64,000 nucleotides of DNA. Origin: Eledone cirrhosa (taxonomy: Eukaryota). Positions 13,161 to 26,399 of the stretch are shown here, piece after piece. Each line of letters begins with the position of its first letter. Position 1 is the first letter of the stretch. Both the position numbers and the translations under genes were made by a program. Where the stretch lies: positions 280,302,001 through 280,366,000 of the forward strand of contig OZ024742.1 of assembly GCA_964016885.1 (NCBI GenBank), read 5' to 3'. Below the pieces are notes generated by a model that had not been told where the DNA came from, searched no databases, and saw nothing but the letters and a program-made list of their open reading frames with translations.

Positions 13161-13586
13161 TCACCGAATAATATTTAAGGATTGTTTTACTAGCTGGAGC
13201 AATGAGGGGAAACACACGTAGTGAAGTATATATATATGAAGGATCCCAGAATGTTTAGCGACAGATTTTAGCCTCTCAGAGCATGCACTACTCCGGAACA
13301 AGACTTCTTTGAGTATAGCCAAATTTCTCAAAGGCCCCATCATGCGTAAGGAGTTCTAGTTCAAGAACACCAAGCTCTCTAATATGCAACTAAAAATAAT
13401 TTTTTTCAAAAACCAACTTGACATTCTGGTGTCTCAAATCTCAGATGAGTATATATTGCGACAATAAATAAAAATGAGGGCAACGGGCACAAAGACCTCA
13501 TTCATCAATGACCTACCAAAGAAGGACAAGGACGGCTAAAGACAGTATAGTAACATAGCGGTGACCCAGACACGTATCAGCGCCTT

Positions 13587-13712
<126 letters not shown>

Positions 13713-13825
13713 TACAAACGTACGTACCTCCATCCATTTACATACATTCATACATAAGATGGCTCCGTTGACTATGGTTGCATCTCCGTAAAACACAAGA
13801 AATGAAACTCACACAAACACACACA

Positions 13826-13911
<86 letters not shown>

Positions 13912-13984
13912 CCTCTCTCTTTCTCTCTCTCTTTTTTTTCTCTCTCTCTCTTTTTCTCTCTCTCTCTCTCTATTTCTCTCTCTT

Positions 13985-14021
<37 letters not shown>

Positions 14022-14039
14022 CTCCCTCTCTCTCTCTCT

Positions 14040-14081
<42 letters not shown>

Positions 14082-14305
14082 CTCTATCAGTCGTGTGTCA
14101 CTTCGCGGAGAAGTTTCCGTTAATTTATGTAAGGAAAAAACGTGAGTTTTTAGTTCAATTTTATATCATTGTGTAACTTGACCACCCGTCTGGACCTTCA
14201 GGTGGTGGGTCAACTCATTTTCGCCCCTTCAGGGGCGGAATATCCATTTAAAAAATTTTTCTCCATCGAATCTTGGAAAAAATATTGTAAAATTTTGATT
14301 ACGTT

Positions 14306-16222
14306 ATGAACGCTGCGTCCAACGATAATGGTGGTGGAGAGGCGGTAAGACTACAAAGCTCGCAGTCAACAACGTCTTCTTCACTAGATACTATAGAGAT
14401 GGAAAGACAAAATGAAAATAAAAAAACGAATTCACATCCAAACAACACAAATGACACCAAACAGCTCAATGACAACAAAAATAACAGCAAAACCAATAAT
14501 GATGATAAAAGCAACAATGATAACAACAACAAAGAAAAAAATAAAGACAACGCCAATAACACCAGCATCAAAGACAACAACAACACCAAGGAAAATACGG
14601 ATGATACCAACATCGGTGACAACAAGAATAACAACAAGAATAACAACAATAATGACAACACCACCAATACGGATTCCACAAAGAAACCAAAAATCTCCTT
14701 TGCGGAGAAAGTTCAAAAGAAAGAACAATTGATATATCTCGACATAACAAATGCTGAACACCTTTTAAAGGACGCTAAGAGATATGTCACCTTCGAAAAA
14801 AATGGTGCTTTCAACATCAATTCTCCGGTAGAAATTCGCAAGGAAACTGCTCTCAAAACGATAGTTTTTAGGACAGTTTCCAATTCTACCCGAAAACCAG
14901 TCCAATTGTCACAGAAAGATATTGAACTGGTTTTCAAAGATTCAATGAATGATATTGCATTCATTCAAAGAAGCAAACTTTTTGGGAGTATTTCGGTACT
15001 GATGAAGGATCAATTGACGGCCCAAAATTACTCTGTGTCGCCAATTGTATCCAACCTGTACACCTTTTTCCCTACATACATGGGAAAAAGGACACAAAAG
15101 ATCAGAATCACAAGTGTCACACCAAAGGTGAACATATGGTGGATACTGTGCGGCTTCATCAATTTTGATGAAGACAGAATACTGTCAGTAGGCAAGTCCC
15201 CCAGAGATGTATTCAATGGGACTAGCATTGAAGTTCTGGTGCAAATGAGCCCAGAGCGAATAGCTATGATCCCACAGCGTGTACTCCTGGACGGACTTAC
15301 CTACATAAACCTTTCGGTTGAGGGTAGGCGGCCTTCATGTTACCATTGCTTTAGCAGGGGTCACCTGAGGGCTTCCTGTCCTAAACTAATGAACCAAAAA
15401 AAGGCTCTTCTGCCAACACCCATCAAAACAACACAACCACCAACACCACCACTACAACAACAACACCAACACACAAAAATAACCACAACAAACACAGTCC
15501 CACCCAACCTCACTCCACCTAAAACCACTGCAAAATCACATACAGACACAACATCTCCCCAAGACATACCCCTCCCCAATCACACAGACGATACAACAGA
15601 TGAGGCTATCTCGCCATCACCCAGTGAAGACGAGGGAGAACCCCATCGCTCGAAAAGAAAGAAAAGACATCACAAAAGCAAAAAACCAGCAAACACTACC
15701 ACAAACATACAACCACCAACACAAACAACAAAAATATCACAAACAAAACCCCCACCTCCTGAAAACAAAATACCTACAACAAAACGAAAGCACACACAAG
15801 AACTACAGACAAAAACAAACACAACACAAGAAAATTACACTTACACTTACATAAACACTGAAAACAAAACACTAATGGAGACCATTACGAACGACCCTTC
15901 GGTTTTCACCGAAGGGAAAACTTTCGCCCACTCTATAAAAAATAGCAAAAAAATGAACCTAAAACTGATTAGTGTCCCTATACAAACTTATAGGTCCCTA
16001 AAAGAAACATTTGAGAAGGATGTGGGGAATTCCTGCGTGAAACCACTCAACCGCGTCCTTCTCAAATACCTCTCCACCCCAGACACCACCATTCCACCAG
16101 ACCCCACCCCACCAAACATCTGCGTCCCCACCCCGCCGGAAACCACCACCCATCCAGACAACCTCTCCAACACTCCCATGGAAATCGTGCGGCCTGGTCC
16201 CCAGGAGGCGAAGGGTGAATGA
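14306..16222 (+). CDS. Tx1-like ORF1 (gag-like nucleic-acid-binding protein, 638 aa)
   Basis: Intact ORF with CX2CX4HX4C knuckle CYHCFSRGHLRASC, an N-rich N-terminus and a T/P-rich linker; it directly precedes ORF2. Confidence 0.88.
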   Translation: MNAASNDNGGGEAVRLQSSQSTTSSSLDTIEMERQNENKKTNSHPNNTNDTKQLNDNKNNSKTNNDDKSNNDNNNKEKNKDNANNTSIKDNNNTKENTDDTNIGDNKNNNKNNNNNDNTTNTDSTKKPKISFAEKVQKKEQLIYLDITNAEHLLKDAKRYVTFEKNGAFNINSPVEIRKETALKTIVFRTVSNSTRKPVQLSQKDIELVFKDSMNDIAFIQRSKLFGSISVLMKDQLTAQNYSVSPIVSNLYTFFPTYMGKRTQKIRITSVTPKVNIWWILCGFINFDEDRILSVGKSPRDVFNGTSIEVLVQMSPERIAMIPQRVLLDGLTYINLSVEGRRPSCYHCFSRGHLRASCPKLMNQKKALLPTPIKTTQPPTPPLQQQHQHTKITTTNTVPPNLTPPKTTAKSHTDTTSPQDIPLPNHTDDTTDEAISPSPSEDEGEPHRSKRKKRHHKSKKPANTTTNIQPPTQTTKISQTKPPPPENKIPTTKRKHTQELQTKTNTTQENYTYTYINTENKTLMETITNDPSVFTEGKTFAHSIKNSKKMNLKLISVPIQTYRSLKETFEKDVGNSCVKPLNRVLLKYLSTPDTTIPPDPTPPNICVPTPPETTTHPDNLSNTPMEIVRPGPQEAKGE

Positions 16223-16255
16223 TCTCTTTTCCTCTTTTAACTTTTCAGCACCAAC

Positions 16256-19200
16256 ATGGCCAATATAAGAGTTGGATGTGTGAACGTACGCGGCCTGGGG
16301 ATGCCCTGGAAACAGGGCAAACTCTTAAACGACCTCAGGTCACACAGTTTGGATGTGGTAGCCATTTGCGAGTCCAGGATCCACGGCGAGCGACAGCTGG
16401 CCCCCATCTTCGATGACTTTGAAATCTACGCATCTCTCTGTCAACCGGGGGGTGGGGGCGGAGTTGCCGTTTTGCTGCGGAAACACCTGGGCCTCGTAAC
16501 ACAGACGGTACATCTGGACCCGGAGGGTCGACTGGTGGTCCTAGACGTTGACGGTAGTGAAGGTGGAGCCTTCAGGCTGGTGGCCGCATATGCCCCATCC
16601 GGGACACCGCGGCCAGACTTCTTCAAACGTCTAGAGACTTTTCTGGGAACGTCCCGCTCCTTGCTTTTAGTGGGGGACTGGAATGGAATCCTAGATGCAC
16701 GTTGGGACTATGTGGGAGCATGTCCCGACAAAGGGGGGTGTAACAGCCTCAAACAGTTAATCGACCGATTTGACCTGGCCGATAGATATCGACTAGATTT
16801 TCCGACTGCGCCAATGTGGACGTGGAGTAATCGTAGCGGAACATCTAGATCGTACCTAGATAGGGTTCTAGTTAGAAATAAGGATAGGGACATGTTAAGC
16901 TGTCCACAAATGTTCATGGTTGCCTATTCAGATCACAAACTAGTGACCTGCATGGCCAACCTTGATAGAACCCATAGACAAGGACCCGGCTACTGGAAGC
17001 TGAACTTGTCGTTACCGACAAGCAAAGCCTACAGTAGACGGATTAGCACTTTAGTTAAACAGCACTTGACAGGGGCCATTGTCAACAACAGATGGTGGTA
17101 CTCTCTCAAGAGGGCAGTTAGATTAGACTCGATAGTTTTTAGTAAAGAATTAGCGTTAGATAGAAATAGAACCGAGAAGGAACTGGTAGATAAAGTAGAA
17201 GAGGCAATTAGAAGTGGCAACGTAGCCAGCGTGCTAGCAACGAGAACGGCCTTGGACCAGTTCTTCGACGCAAAGCACGAGGGCTGCGTTGTCAGAAGCA
17301 AAATACGTGCTCTGGGAAACGAGGGAGCCAAAGCTGTTAGCTGGGCCCGGGTGACGGAGGCAAAAAGTGGCAACAAGTCCACGATTCGGTCTTTGAAGGA
17401 CCAAAACGGACGCGTGATACGTGAGCCGAAGCAGATGTGTGCGGCTTTTCAGCGGCACTTTGCTCGGCTGTTCGGGGGGAGCGGCGCGCCGGGAGAGGCT
17501 ATGGATTTCGGTCCATACCTCGACGGCCTACCGCGACTCTCGGACAGTGAGGCGAAGTTCTGCGAAAAGCCGATTTCAGCCACTGAGATAGGGGACGCGC
17601 TGAGCCAATGCGGCAAACGCAAATCTCCAGGTCTCGACGGTCTACCCTAAGAATTTTACGTAGCAATGCCGGACTTATTCTCCGGTCTCCTGGAAGCGGT
17701 CTACTGCAACTGGCAACAGAACGGGAGAATTCCCAGTTCTGTAACCGGGGGCGTGGTCACACTAATCAGGAAGGACGAGAATAAGGGGGATGACATAGGC
17801 AACTTCCGGCCCATAACTCTGCTAAACACAGAGTTACAGATTTTGGCCAAGGTGTTGGCAAAGAGGCTGGCGCTTGTCGTCGAGAACCTGGTGGGAGAAG
17901 CGCAGACATGCGCGATCCCGACCAGGTCCATACACGACAACCTCCACCTCATGCGATACATCATAGAGAGGGTAGGGTGTAAACCCGGCTTCGGTGGGGC
18001 CCTGATCAACTTGGATCAGTCTAAGGCTTTCGATAGGGTTGACCATCGTTACCTGGATGCGGTGCTCGAGGCGGCAGGCTTCGGACCCGTGTTCAGGGGC
18101 TGGATTGCTGCAATGCACAACAGCAACATCTGCTCAAGGGTCAAGGTGAACGGTTACCTCTCGGAGCCGTTCCATATTACGTGATCCATTCGACAGGGAT
18201 GCCCTCTCTCCTCCCTTCTGTACGTACTGACTCTCGAGCCACTACTGCGGAAGCTGGAGCTATTGCAGGGCATCCCTCTGGAACCGGGACTGCGGAAAGC
18301 GGCGTCGGCCTACGCCGACGACGTGACAGTAATGGTGTCGAGCGCCTCGCAAATCGAGGAAGTCGGCACCTTACTAAAGGAATACGAAAGTCTCACAGGA
18401 GCGAAGCTGAACCGGGACAAGTCCATCGGTTTGCAACTCGGATCGTGGAGAGGCAGACCGATGCCTTCCGATGGCGTCGTCGGACGCTGGACGGAAGGAC
18501 CGGTAAAGCTGCTCGGGGTCTGGTTTGGTCCGGACCTCCAGGTGGAGAAGAACTGGAACGAAGTGACGGCCAAGGTGTTTGCACTCACCCAGAAGTGGGC
18601 CGAGTGCAAACTATCCTTGAAAGGTCGAGCGGAGGTGGCGAACACTTTTATAGCGTCCGCCATCTACTACCGCTTGACCGTCGTGCCTTGTCCAGCCAAA
18701 ACGCTCGCCAAAATGGAGCGCGCCCTCTTCCGATTCCTTTGGAAGAGGCGGGCTCCTTTGGTAAGAAGATCCATCTGCTGCCAACACCCTTCTAACGGAG
18801 GGCTGGGGATGCCGTGGTTGACGATGCGCAAACACGCGCTCAGGCTGCGGCATCTCTACGTATTCCTCACCGGACAACCGGTGTGGGCCCCGTTTGTGAG
18901 GCGAGCCTTCCCACGACTCGTCTCGCTGACCGAGCTGCAGTCCTGGGTCAAGCAGAGACCGAGGAAAATGGGCGACTGGCACATCGAATGTGCTCAGGCG
19001 CTCACAGCCCTCTGGCAGGCGGACCCAGCGATCAGTGGAGACTCCACTTCGTCATTCTATAGAGGGTTGGTCCGCAGCGAGTGCGACGACGCGCTCGGTG
19101 AAACTCTAGGCGTGGAGGAAGATGAACTGGCCAGTCTGTTCGGTAGGAACTTCCGCCCGGGACCGATGGACAACTTCCAAAAGTCCCTGGCCTGGCAGTG

Positions 19201-19693
19201 CTACCGAGGAGCTCTACCAGTTCGAGACAAGCTCTACAGACATGGGCGCCCGGGCAGGGACCCTGCAAAAAAGATCTGTCCGAGGTGCGTGCGAGACGAA
19301 GAAACCGTCGCGCACGCATTCATACACTGCCCGGGCGTCACTGACCTGTGGGGCTATGTAGAACGACTATTGTCGCGGGTGGGACCAATCCAGTTGACCA
19401 CCGAGTCCATTGTCATGATCAAACCGCCACCCTCCTTCAAAAACGAAGGAGAGGCGGTTTTCCTTTGTGTGATAGCTATGGCGAAAGAGGTTGTATGGTG
19501 GACAAGGTTGAAAGGGCTGAGGTCAGACACCTTTCTCTCCGGCCAACAACTGATTCTTTTTTTCAAATACCACTTTGGAAGAAGAATCAGGATGGAGAGA
19601 GAGGTGCTGTACCCCAGCAAGTTTTATGAAAGGTGGGTGAAAGTGGCGAGAATGGCCCGAGTGAATGGGCCTTCTCTCTATATCAGCCTGTAG
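16256..19693 (+). pseudogene. Tx1-like ORF2 (APE endonuclease + RT + C-terminal Cys/His), one frame with two nonsense codons
   Basis: NVRGL, GDWN, YLDRVL, SDH (APE); SPGLDGLP, NFRPITLLN, DQSKAFDRV, RQGCPLS, YADD (RT); CPRC..ETVAHAFIHC. ORFs 16256, 17666 and 18263 share one frame, with stops TAA 17648-17650 and TGA 18182-18184. Confidence 0.93.
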
Positions 19694-19932
19694 GTTGAGG
19701 AAAAGGAGGAGGAGAGGAAAGGAGTACAAGCTCTTCGTACTCCTGGAGATGAGGGTTGCACATTTTTTTCGGGGGTCTGTGTTACCCATATAAACTGTCT
19801 CCCTCTATTGGGGAAAATCGACTAACTTTTAAATTCCATCTGTGATAACATTTTACACGTTTTTATTGTATGTAAACTTCCCCCTTTGTATTTGTCCCCT
19901 TCTTTTGTGCCCCTGTGGCTAATAAAGAAATA

Positions 19933-19971
<39 letters not shown>

Positions 19972-20642
19972 ATCTCTATCTCTCACTGTCCACCTTTAAA
20001 ACATCTCTCTTCATACACCACCACAACCACCACCACATCTTGCAGGACCACCACTTTGCTCATCACCAGCCTCATCAGCACTAATTCCTGTAGCACCATC
20101 ACCATCACCGTCATCATCGCCAACACAACCGCCACCATCACTAACACCAACACCATCATCACCATGAACTTGACGAGGACGACGACGACCACCACCACCA
20201 CCACCATTACAGTATAGTGAAAACATGAGAGAAGGAAAAGTAAAAGATACTTCCCAATCAGCAACAACAACATCAAAACAACAAATGCATCTAGAACAAC
20301 TTAACAACTAATATCGTCTGTCTGTTTAAATAAAGGAAGTGCAGCTATTATTTCTAGTAGAAGTGCCTTCTTTTTTTACATTTACAACGAACTACTAAAG
20401 CAGACTTGGAAAAACTAAAGTGTTTTCTGTTTTTAGAAAAATCCGTCCTATTCAATGAAATATATTTATATGTTTGTATGTATGTATGCATGTATGAATG
20501 TATGTATGCATGTAATGTATGTGTAACTACACCCCTCACACATATGCGTATATATATATATATAAATTTATATATATATATATCAATTTATATATATATA
20601 TTTCTAAACACAAATATATATATATGATATATGATATATATA

Positions 20643-20713
<71 letters not shown>

Positions 20714-20714
20714 T

Positions 20715-20794
<80 letters not shown>

Positions 20795-21412
20795 TCGTTT
20801 TTCTCCTTCTGCAAATGACTATTCTATCTTCACGACATTAAAACGTGTGTAGTTTTTGAGAGAACGAAGAAAATATATAAAAATAGAGATAAAAAAACAT
20901 ATACCACAGTGAAAGGTAAGTGAAAAAGAAATATGGCACCAAAAACAACTAGTGAAAACTACATGAAAAATGTAGGAAACAAGAACTTACCGCACATTAC
21001 AAACAAACGTTATACCTTACAAAACTAATTTCATTCAACAATATAAAGAACGTCAATAAAAACACAATAGTTCTACTTATGGGTATTTTTATACATTTTA
21101 TACTTTATTTTATGATATCAGTACTTCTTATCTGTTTATTATTATTTTTATTCGCTTTAATATATTTTTAGCTGCAGCTACTACCGTTTGTTGTAGTAGC
21201 CGGTGTTGTTTTTGTCGTACGAGTTGTTGTTCTTGCTGTGTATCTTTTAATTTTAGATGTTGTATATTCTTTCACTACTATTTGAAGCAAGCTCGTTTTC
21301 TTTAATTCCTGTTGTTCGAGTGTATATATGTATATGTGAGTGTGTGCTGTTATATAATATGTGTATGTATGAATATACATATATATATATATATGTGTGT
21401 GTGTGGGTGTGT

Positions 21413-21501
<89 letters not shown>

Positions 21502-21562
21502 AATAGATACACACACACGTGCACACACGCACATGCATACACCCCCCACACACACACACAAG

Positions 21563-21596
<34 letters not shown>

Positions 21597-22083
21597 GAGA
21601 GAGATGTATATATGTCTGTGTATGTGTATTCAATTCTATATGTATGGGTGTACATGTAGAAAATAAAATGGTGAGGGATAGATAAATAGATAAAAATTTA
21701 TATAGAGACTTATATATATAAAACGGACAGACGTGTATATACCACGCAGTCATTTTAATATATGTGTGAATATCTTTAGACAAGAACTCCGCCAGTTATT
21801 ATTGGATCTAGAGTAATTTAATAGTTTTCTATTGGAAATAGCAATAGCAATACGGAGAGAGATGACGGCGATAGAGAAAACAATATATATAGATTAAAGA
21901 ACTAAAGAACAAACTATGTATATACGTGTGGTGTGTGGGTATCTGTTAATATGTGATATTGTGTGTCAGTCTCTCTATGTAAGTGGGTATGTTTCTCACT
22001 TTCTTTTTCTCTTTCTCTTTCTCTTTCTCTTTCTCTTTCTCTTTCTCTTTCCTATTATAGCTCTCTTTTAACACTCTCTCCGC

Positions 22084-22152
<69 letters not shown>

Positions 22153-22212
22153 GCATGTGTGTAGAAATGCACAAGTAAATAGACATGTATATATATTTAT
22201 ATATAGATATAT

Positions 22213-22279
<67 letters not shown>

Positions 22280-22282
<3 letters not shown>

Positions 22283-22303
22283 AGTGAATATGCATGCTTG
22301 CGA

Positions 22304-22340
<37 letters not shown>

Positions 22341-22936
22341 AAAGTAGGTATGTGCATATGCATACTTATGCATACTTATACATATATATACGTATATATA
22401 TATGTATATAGTATAAACGAAGTTTCATACATTTAACATATATGCACTATCATTGTGGGCCAAACATGGACACCGCTGTATAATGGCGCAGACACTTTTA
22501 AAGTGCTCCTTCATTCAGGCTCGTGGACAAAAATATGAAAAATGTGAGGTTGTTGTCTCTAGGCTAATTCTCACTCCGAACTGCGGAGATGTATATTTGA
22601 AACTGGGGAGGCAAATTTGGTCTGAAATCTGCCTGTATACTAATTCGTGTTAATCCCTTGGACTATTCTTTCCATTGGGTAAAGGCATCTGATGAATTTA
22701 TCACGTATTTTGTAGATAGTTAAAATGATTAAGTATGCGGTTATATGAAAATGGAAACACTCACACACGGACACAAATTATTAAGATTGAAATATATAAT
22801 AGAGCTGCATTTGCACGCATACGTTTCCTCATACATGTATACATTTTTACACAGCTGTAAGGATAGCTATAAAAGTATGCATATGCACATACCTACTTAT
22901 GTATATATACATTCGCAAGCATGCATATTCACTCAA
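22280..22936. mobile_element. MITE/foldback-like element with ~65 bp terminal inverted repeats
   Basis: ttgagtgaatatgcatgcttgcgaatg(TA)n..aagtaggtatgtgcatatgcatactt (22280-22367) is the reverse complement of 22873-22936 apart from (TA)n length. Confidence 0.55.
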
Positions 22937-22984
22937 AGAATTCTGTCCTTATTGTAATTTAAATCGATTTGTTGACATGAAGGC

Positions 22985-23126
<142 letters not shown>

Positions 23127-24929
23127 GTGGGGGGGTATGTTTGTGTTTGTATATATGTATACATGTAAGTTAGTGAAAAGAAGAAAAGGTGCTGAGGGGA
23201 AAACTATTAGATACATGAAACGTATATATTTATACACATTTATACGCAGGTGCTTGTAGATGTATATAAATATACATAGGTTATTCACTACTCATGTATA
23301 TCTGTGTTGTTTTGTTTGATGTTTTATCTCTACATATTTTCAACTAATGACAGTGAAGGATAGTATGGGTCGATGCCGAGAGATTGAGAATAAGAACGAG
23401 AGATAGAGATTAAGAGAGAGAGAGAAAGATAGATTAGAAATCAACCCAATTGTTAAACAGCTACTTCTTTTATTCCCCCAAAACTATGAACGGTTTTCAT
23501 GGCTTTGGTGGAATTTGAACATCGAGTGCAAATAAATAGAATGAATATCACAGAGAATTCCAGCCGCCACTAAAACGACACTACCAAGGTTTCACCTAAC
23601 GCACCTTATTGACCGAGAATAGAGCGAAATGTGAAACAACGTAGTTCCAAATTTTTATGAATTAAAACCTTGATACATAAATTTTTATGCACGAGAGAAA
23701 GATTTTTTTAAAGCTATCGATTGAAGTGGCTCCTATTTTATTTATTTTATTTCTCTCCGTTTGAATCGTGTTTTAAAATAGTGCGATTTTGGCCATATAT
23801 ACTATTGGTAAATATCATTATCTATTTTTAATTCAGAAAAAGTCTATCAACATCCTGTTTAACATGAAATTTCATTAGCTAATGTAAGAGATAAAATACT
23901 GACGTCTACTGCTATCATTCTCTCAATCCATGGAGAAGCTCACGTTATGTTCCCACCAAATCCTAGACGTACATCAGATCTTTTATATAAGGGTTTTATA
24001 CATACGTGAAGTTTGAATAATGTAGCAATCTGATTTAGAAGCTGGGAATCAATTGTATAAACATTTTTACATTGTGCCAATAAATGACATAGCTATTTAC
24101 AGACAATTACAAATCATTTCTTGCCTACAATAATAAACAGGATCGCAGAAACTAATATAGTGTAAAATAGTGCCAATTATAACATATATATTCTTTTAAA
24201 AAAACTTTCGTCACATGCATTCGTGAAAATCGCTTGAGACCAAGAACAGCTTTTCTAATAATATACTCAAAGGGACAACATCTATAGACCTAATAAATTT
24301 TGTTTTCGTAATCTAATATGACAGAAAAATTATGTTGCATATAGGAATTCGATTCGATATATTACATTTCATGTCAACGCTTCAAATGTTGTATCACATT
24401 TTCGTACTTGAGTAATTAAATTTACTAGTCATATTGTAAATACTAAAAAAGGAGAGAATATTGTTTAAATAATGAAATAAAAATGTCTTTAGAATCAGCA
24501 ACAATATTTCCAATGCAAACACATGAAAAGAAAACGAAAACACGTAAAAATGTGAATTCAGCATTATGACAAGAAGAACACAATGTGAATACAGAATTCA
24601 ACGATGTAGAGATCTTTAAATGATTCCAATGGAATACGTATAAATTACTTCCTTTCTCAATAAATATTATAAAATTCGTTATAAAGTGGCCTAATTTTCC
24701 GAAATTTGTTTTTCATATAATGCAATTAAAGACTCGTATACATTTTTATATATTGATTAAATTTTTAATTCTATCACTTATCTTCTGCCCTTTAACCATT
24801 TTGTTAACACGTACCAAAACTTCCTTGTATATCCTTCTTGCTTTTCTTCTTTTTCAACGTCAGACATTTCAACACATATTCGTAGCCCCGCTTACAGCCA
24901 CTCCCAGATACACACATAACAGAGTTACA

Positions 24930-24977
<48 letters not shown>

Positions 24978-26399
24978 TCACTCCCTCTCTCTCCCTCTCT
25001 CTCTCTCTCTCCCTCTATCTCTCTCTCTCTCTCCCTATATATATATTCTGGGTTATAGAAGCTAACAAGATTAGCTAACAAGTTAAACGCTGTCTTAGAG
25101 TATTTTACATTACTAAAAAGAACCCCAATTTACGCGGATCTATAGGGCGAGTGCAGAATACCTATATAAGGATATATTCGAAATGTGCCTCAATGTGAGA
25201 CGAGGATGGTCATGTAACCAGACGAAGACAAACAAAATCAAGTGCGGATAGGAAATGGTGGAGTAATATAAAAGCCATGTTTAGCAAGTGTATAAGAACA
25301 ACGACGAAAGAACGAGACAATGGTGTACAGTTCAACAAATGGAGCGAGCTACTTGCGTCACAGATACTATTGCAAAATCGGCAATCAATACAAGAATTTC
25401 ATCAATCATTTCTTCAACGAACTATTGAATTTTAATTAAGAGAAACTTGTACGTATTCTTATAAATAAATATCCGTTCACTTTTAGATTGTGCTCTCTCT
25501 TGTTAGAAGCAACAAACAAATCTTAGTTAATACTAAGCTTCTTTTGTTGCACCCCTTATTAATGATACCTTTAAAATGTTGCACAAGCAATTTGATTTGT
25601 CTAGCAATTATATAGTGATTCGCCAAAAGAAAATTCATCAAAATCATTTATGGCAAGATACGGACTATCTTCTTAAATGAGTATGGTGGTGTTCATTTGC
25701 TCAGAGAAACAAAAACAATCCAGACAGCAACCTCAAATATGGACTAAAATTTAACATACTAGCCAGTTATGAACAAGCTACTCCAAGAATCATAAACACA
25801 AACTCTATCACATTCCCAAAACCCACTTCCCACAAATAAAAATAAAAGCAAGCTCCGATTATACAAGGTTGGAATATAACTCAACCGTCGAACCATCACG
25901 CCATATCGTTTGATACAAAGGAAATATAAAGTGAAATTAAATTTTCACGCCGCTCTGTTTTTTTTCTTTTTCAACAGCAGACTAACTGTTTTCCAGGATG
26001 CAAATACTGATTTTTATTTATTTATTCAGTCATTTATTCATTCAATTTAAGAGGAAGAGGGCGAATTACCTTCTCATGAAACTATGAATCTGACATGTAT
26101 ATAACTGAGCATTACACACATTCATGTGCCTTCGTCGTATATCTCAGGTGGAATCAGTGTATTAAGCTGACTACAACGTTCTCTACTCCACCGATGAGGT
26201 ATTGGCTCCTCATCGGCTTAAACATCCCGGTCCACCTCCAGATCCCAGACACATACACACACCTGAGCCTCAACCAGTTTACGTGGCCTCCAAGGAGGAC
26301 ATCATCTCTGCTGACGCGCCATCGTGACTCTCATCAACAGATTAATTCATGGCCACCTGGTCACTTTTCCCCGTTGTCTATTTTTTTCAGCCCACCTCA

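Larger units (their letters stand above)
14089..19930 (+). mobile_element. Full-length Tx1/L1-clade non-LTR retrotransposon inserted in a (TATC)n microsatellite
   Basis: 5' UTR, ORF1 with zinc knuckle, ORF2 APE-RT-CCHC, 3' UTR ending AATAAAGAAA, and (TATC)n on both sides. Confidence 0.93.

Noticed and set aside
13270-13560. Possible CR1/L2-like LINE 3' end (KNQLDILVSQISDE)
   Set aside because: Only one short decayed motif, which is insufficient to call
17648-18184. Rescue of the two ORF2 stops by A-to-I editing or programmed readthrough
   Set aside because: Editing would give Trp where Tyr and probably Arg are expected; ordinary point mutation is simpler
14299-19789. Overlapping antisense and alternate-frame ORFs within the Tx1 element
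   Set aside because: They are shadows of compositionally biased coding sequence and have no motifs
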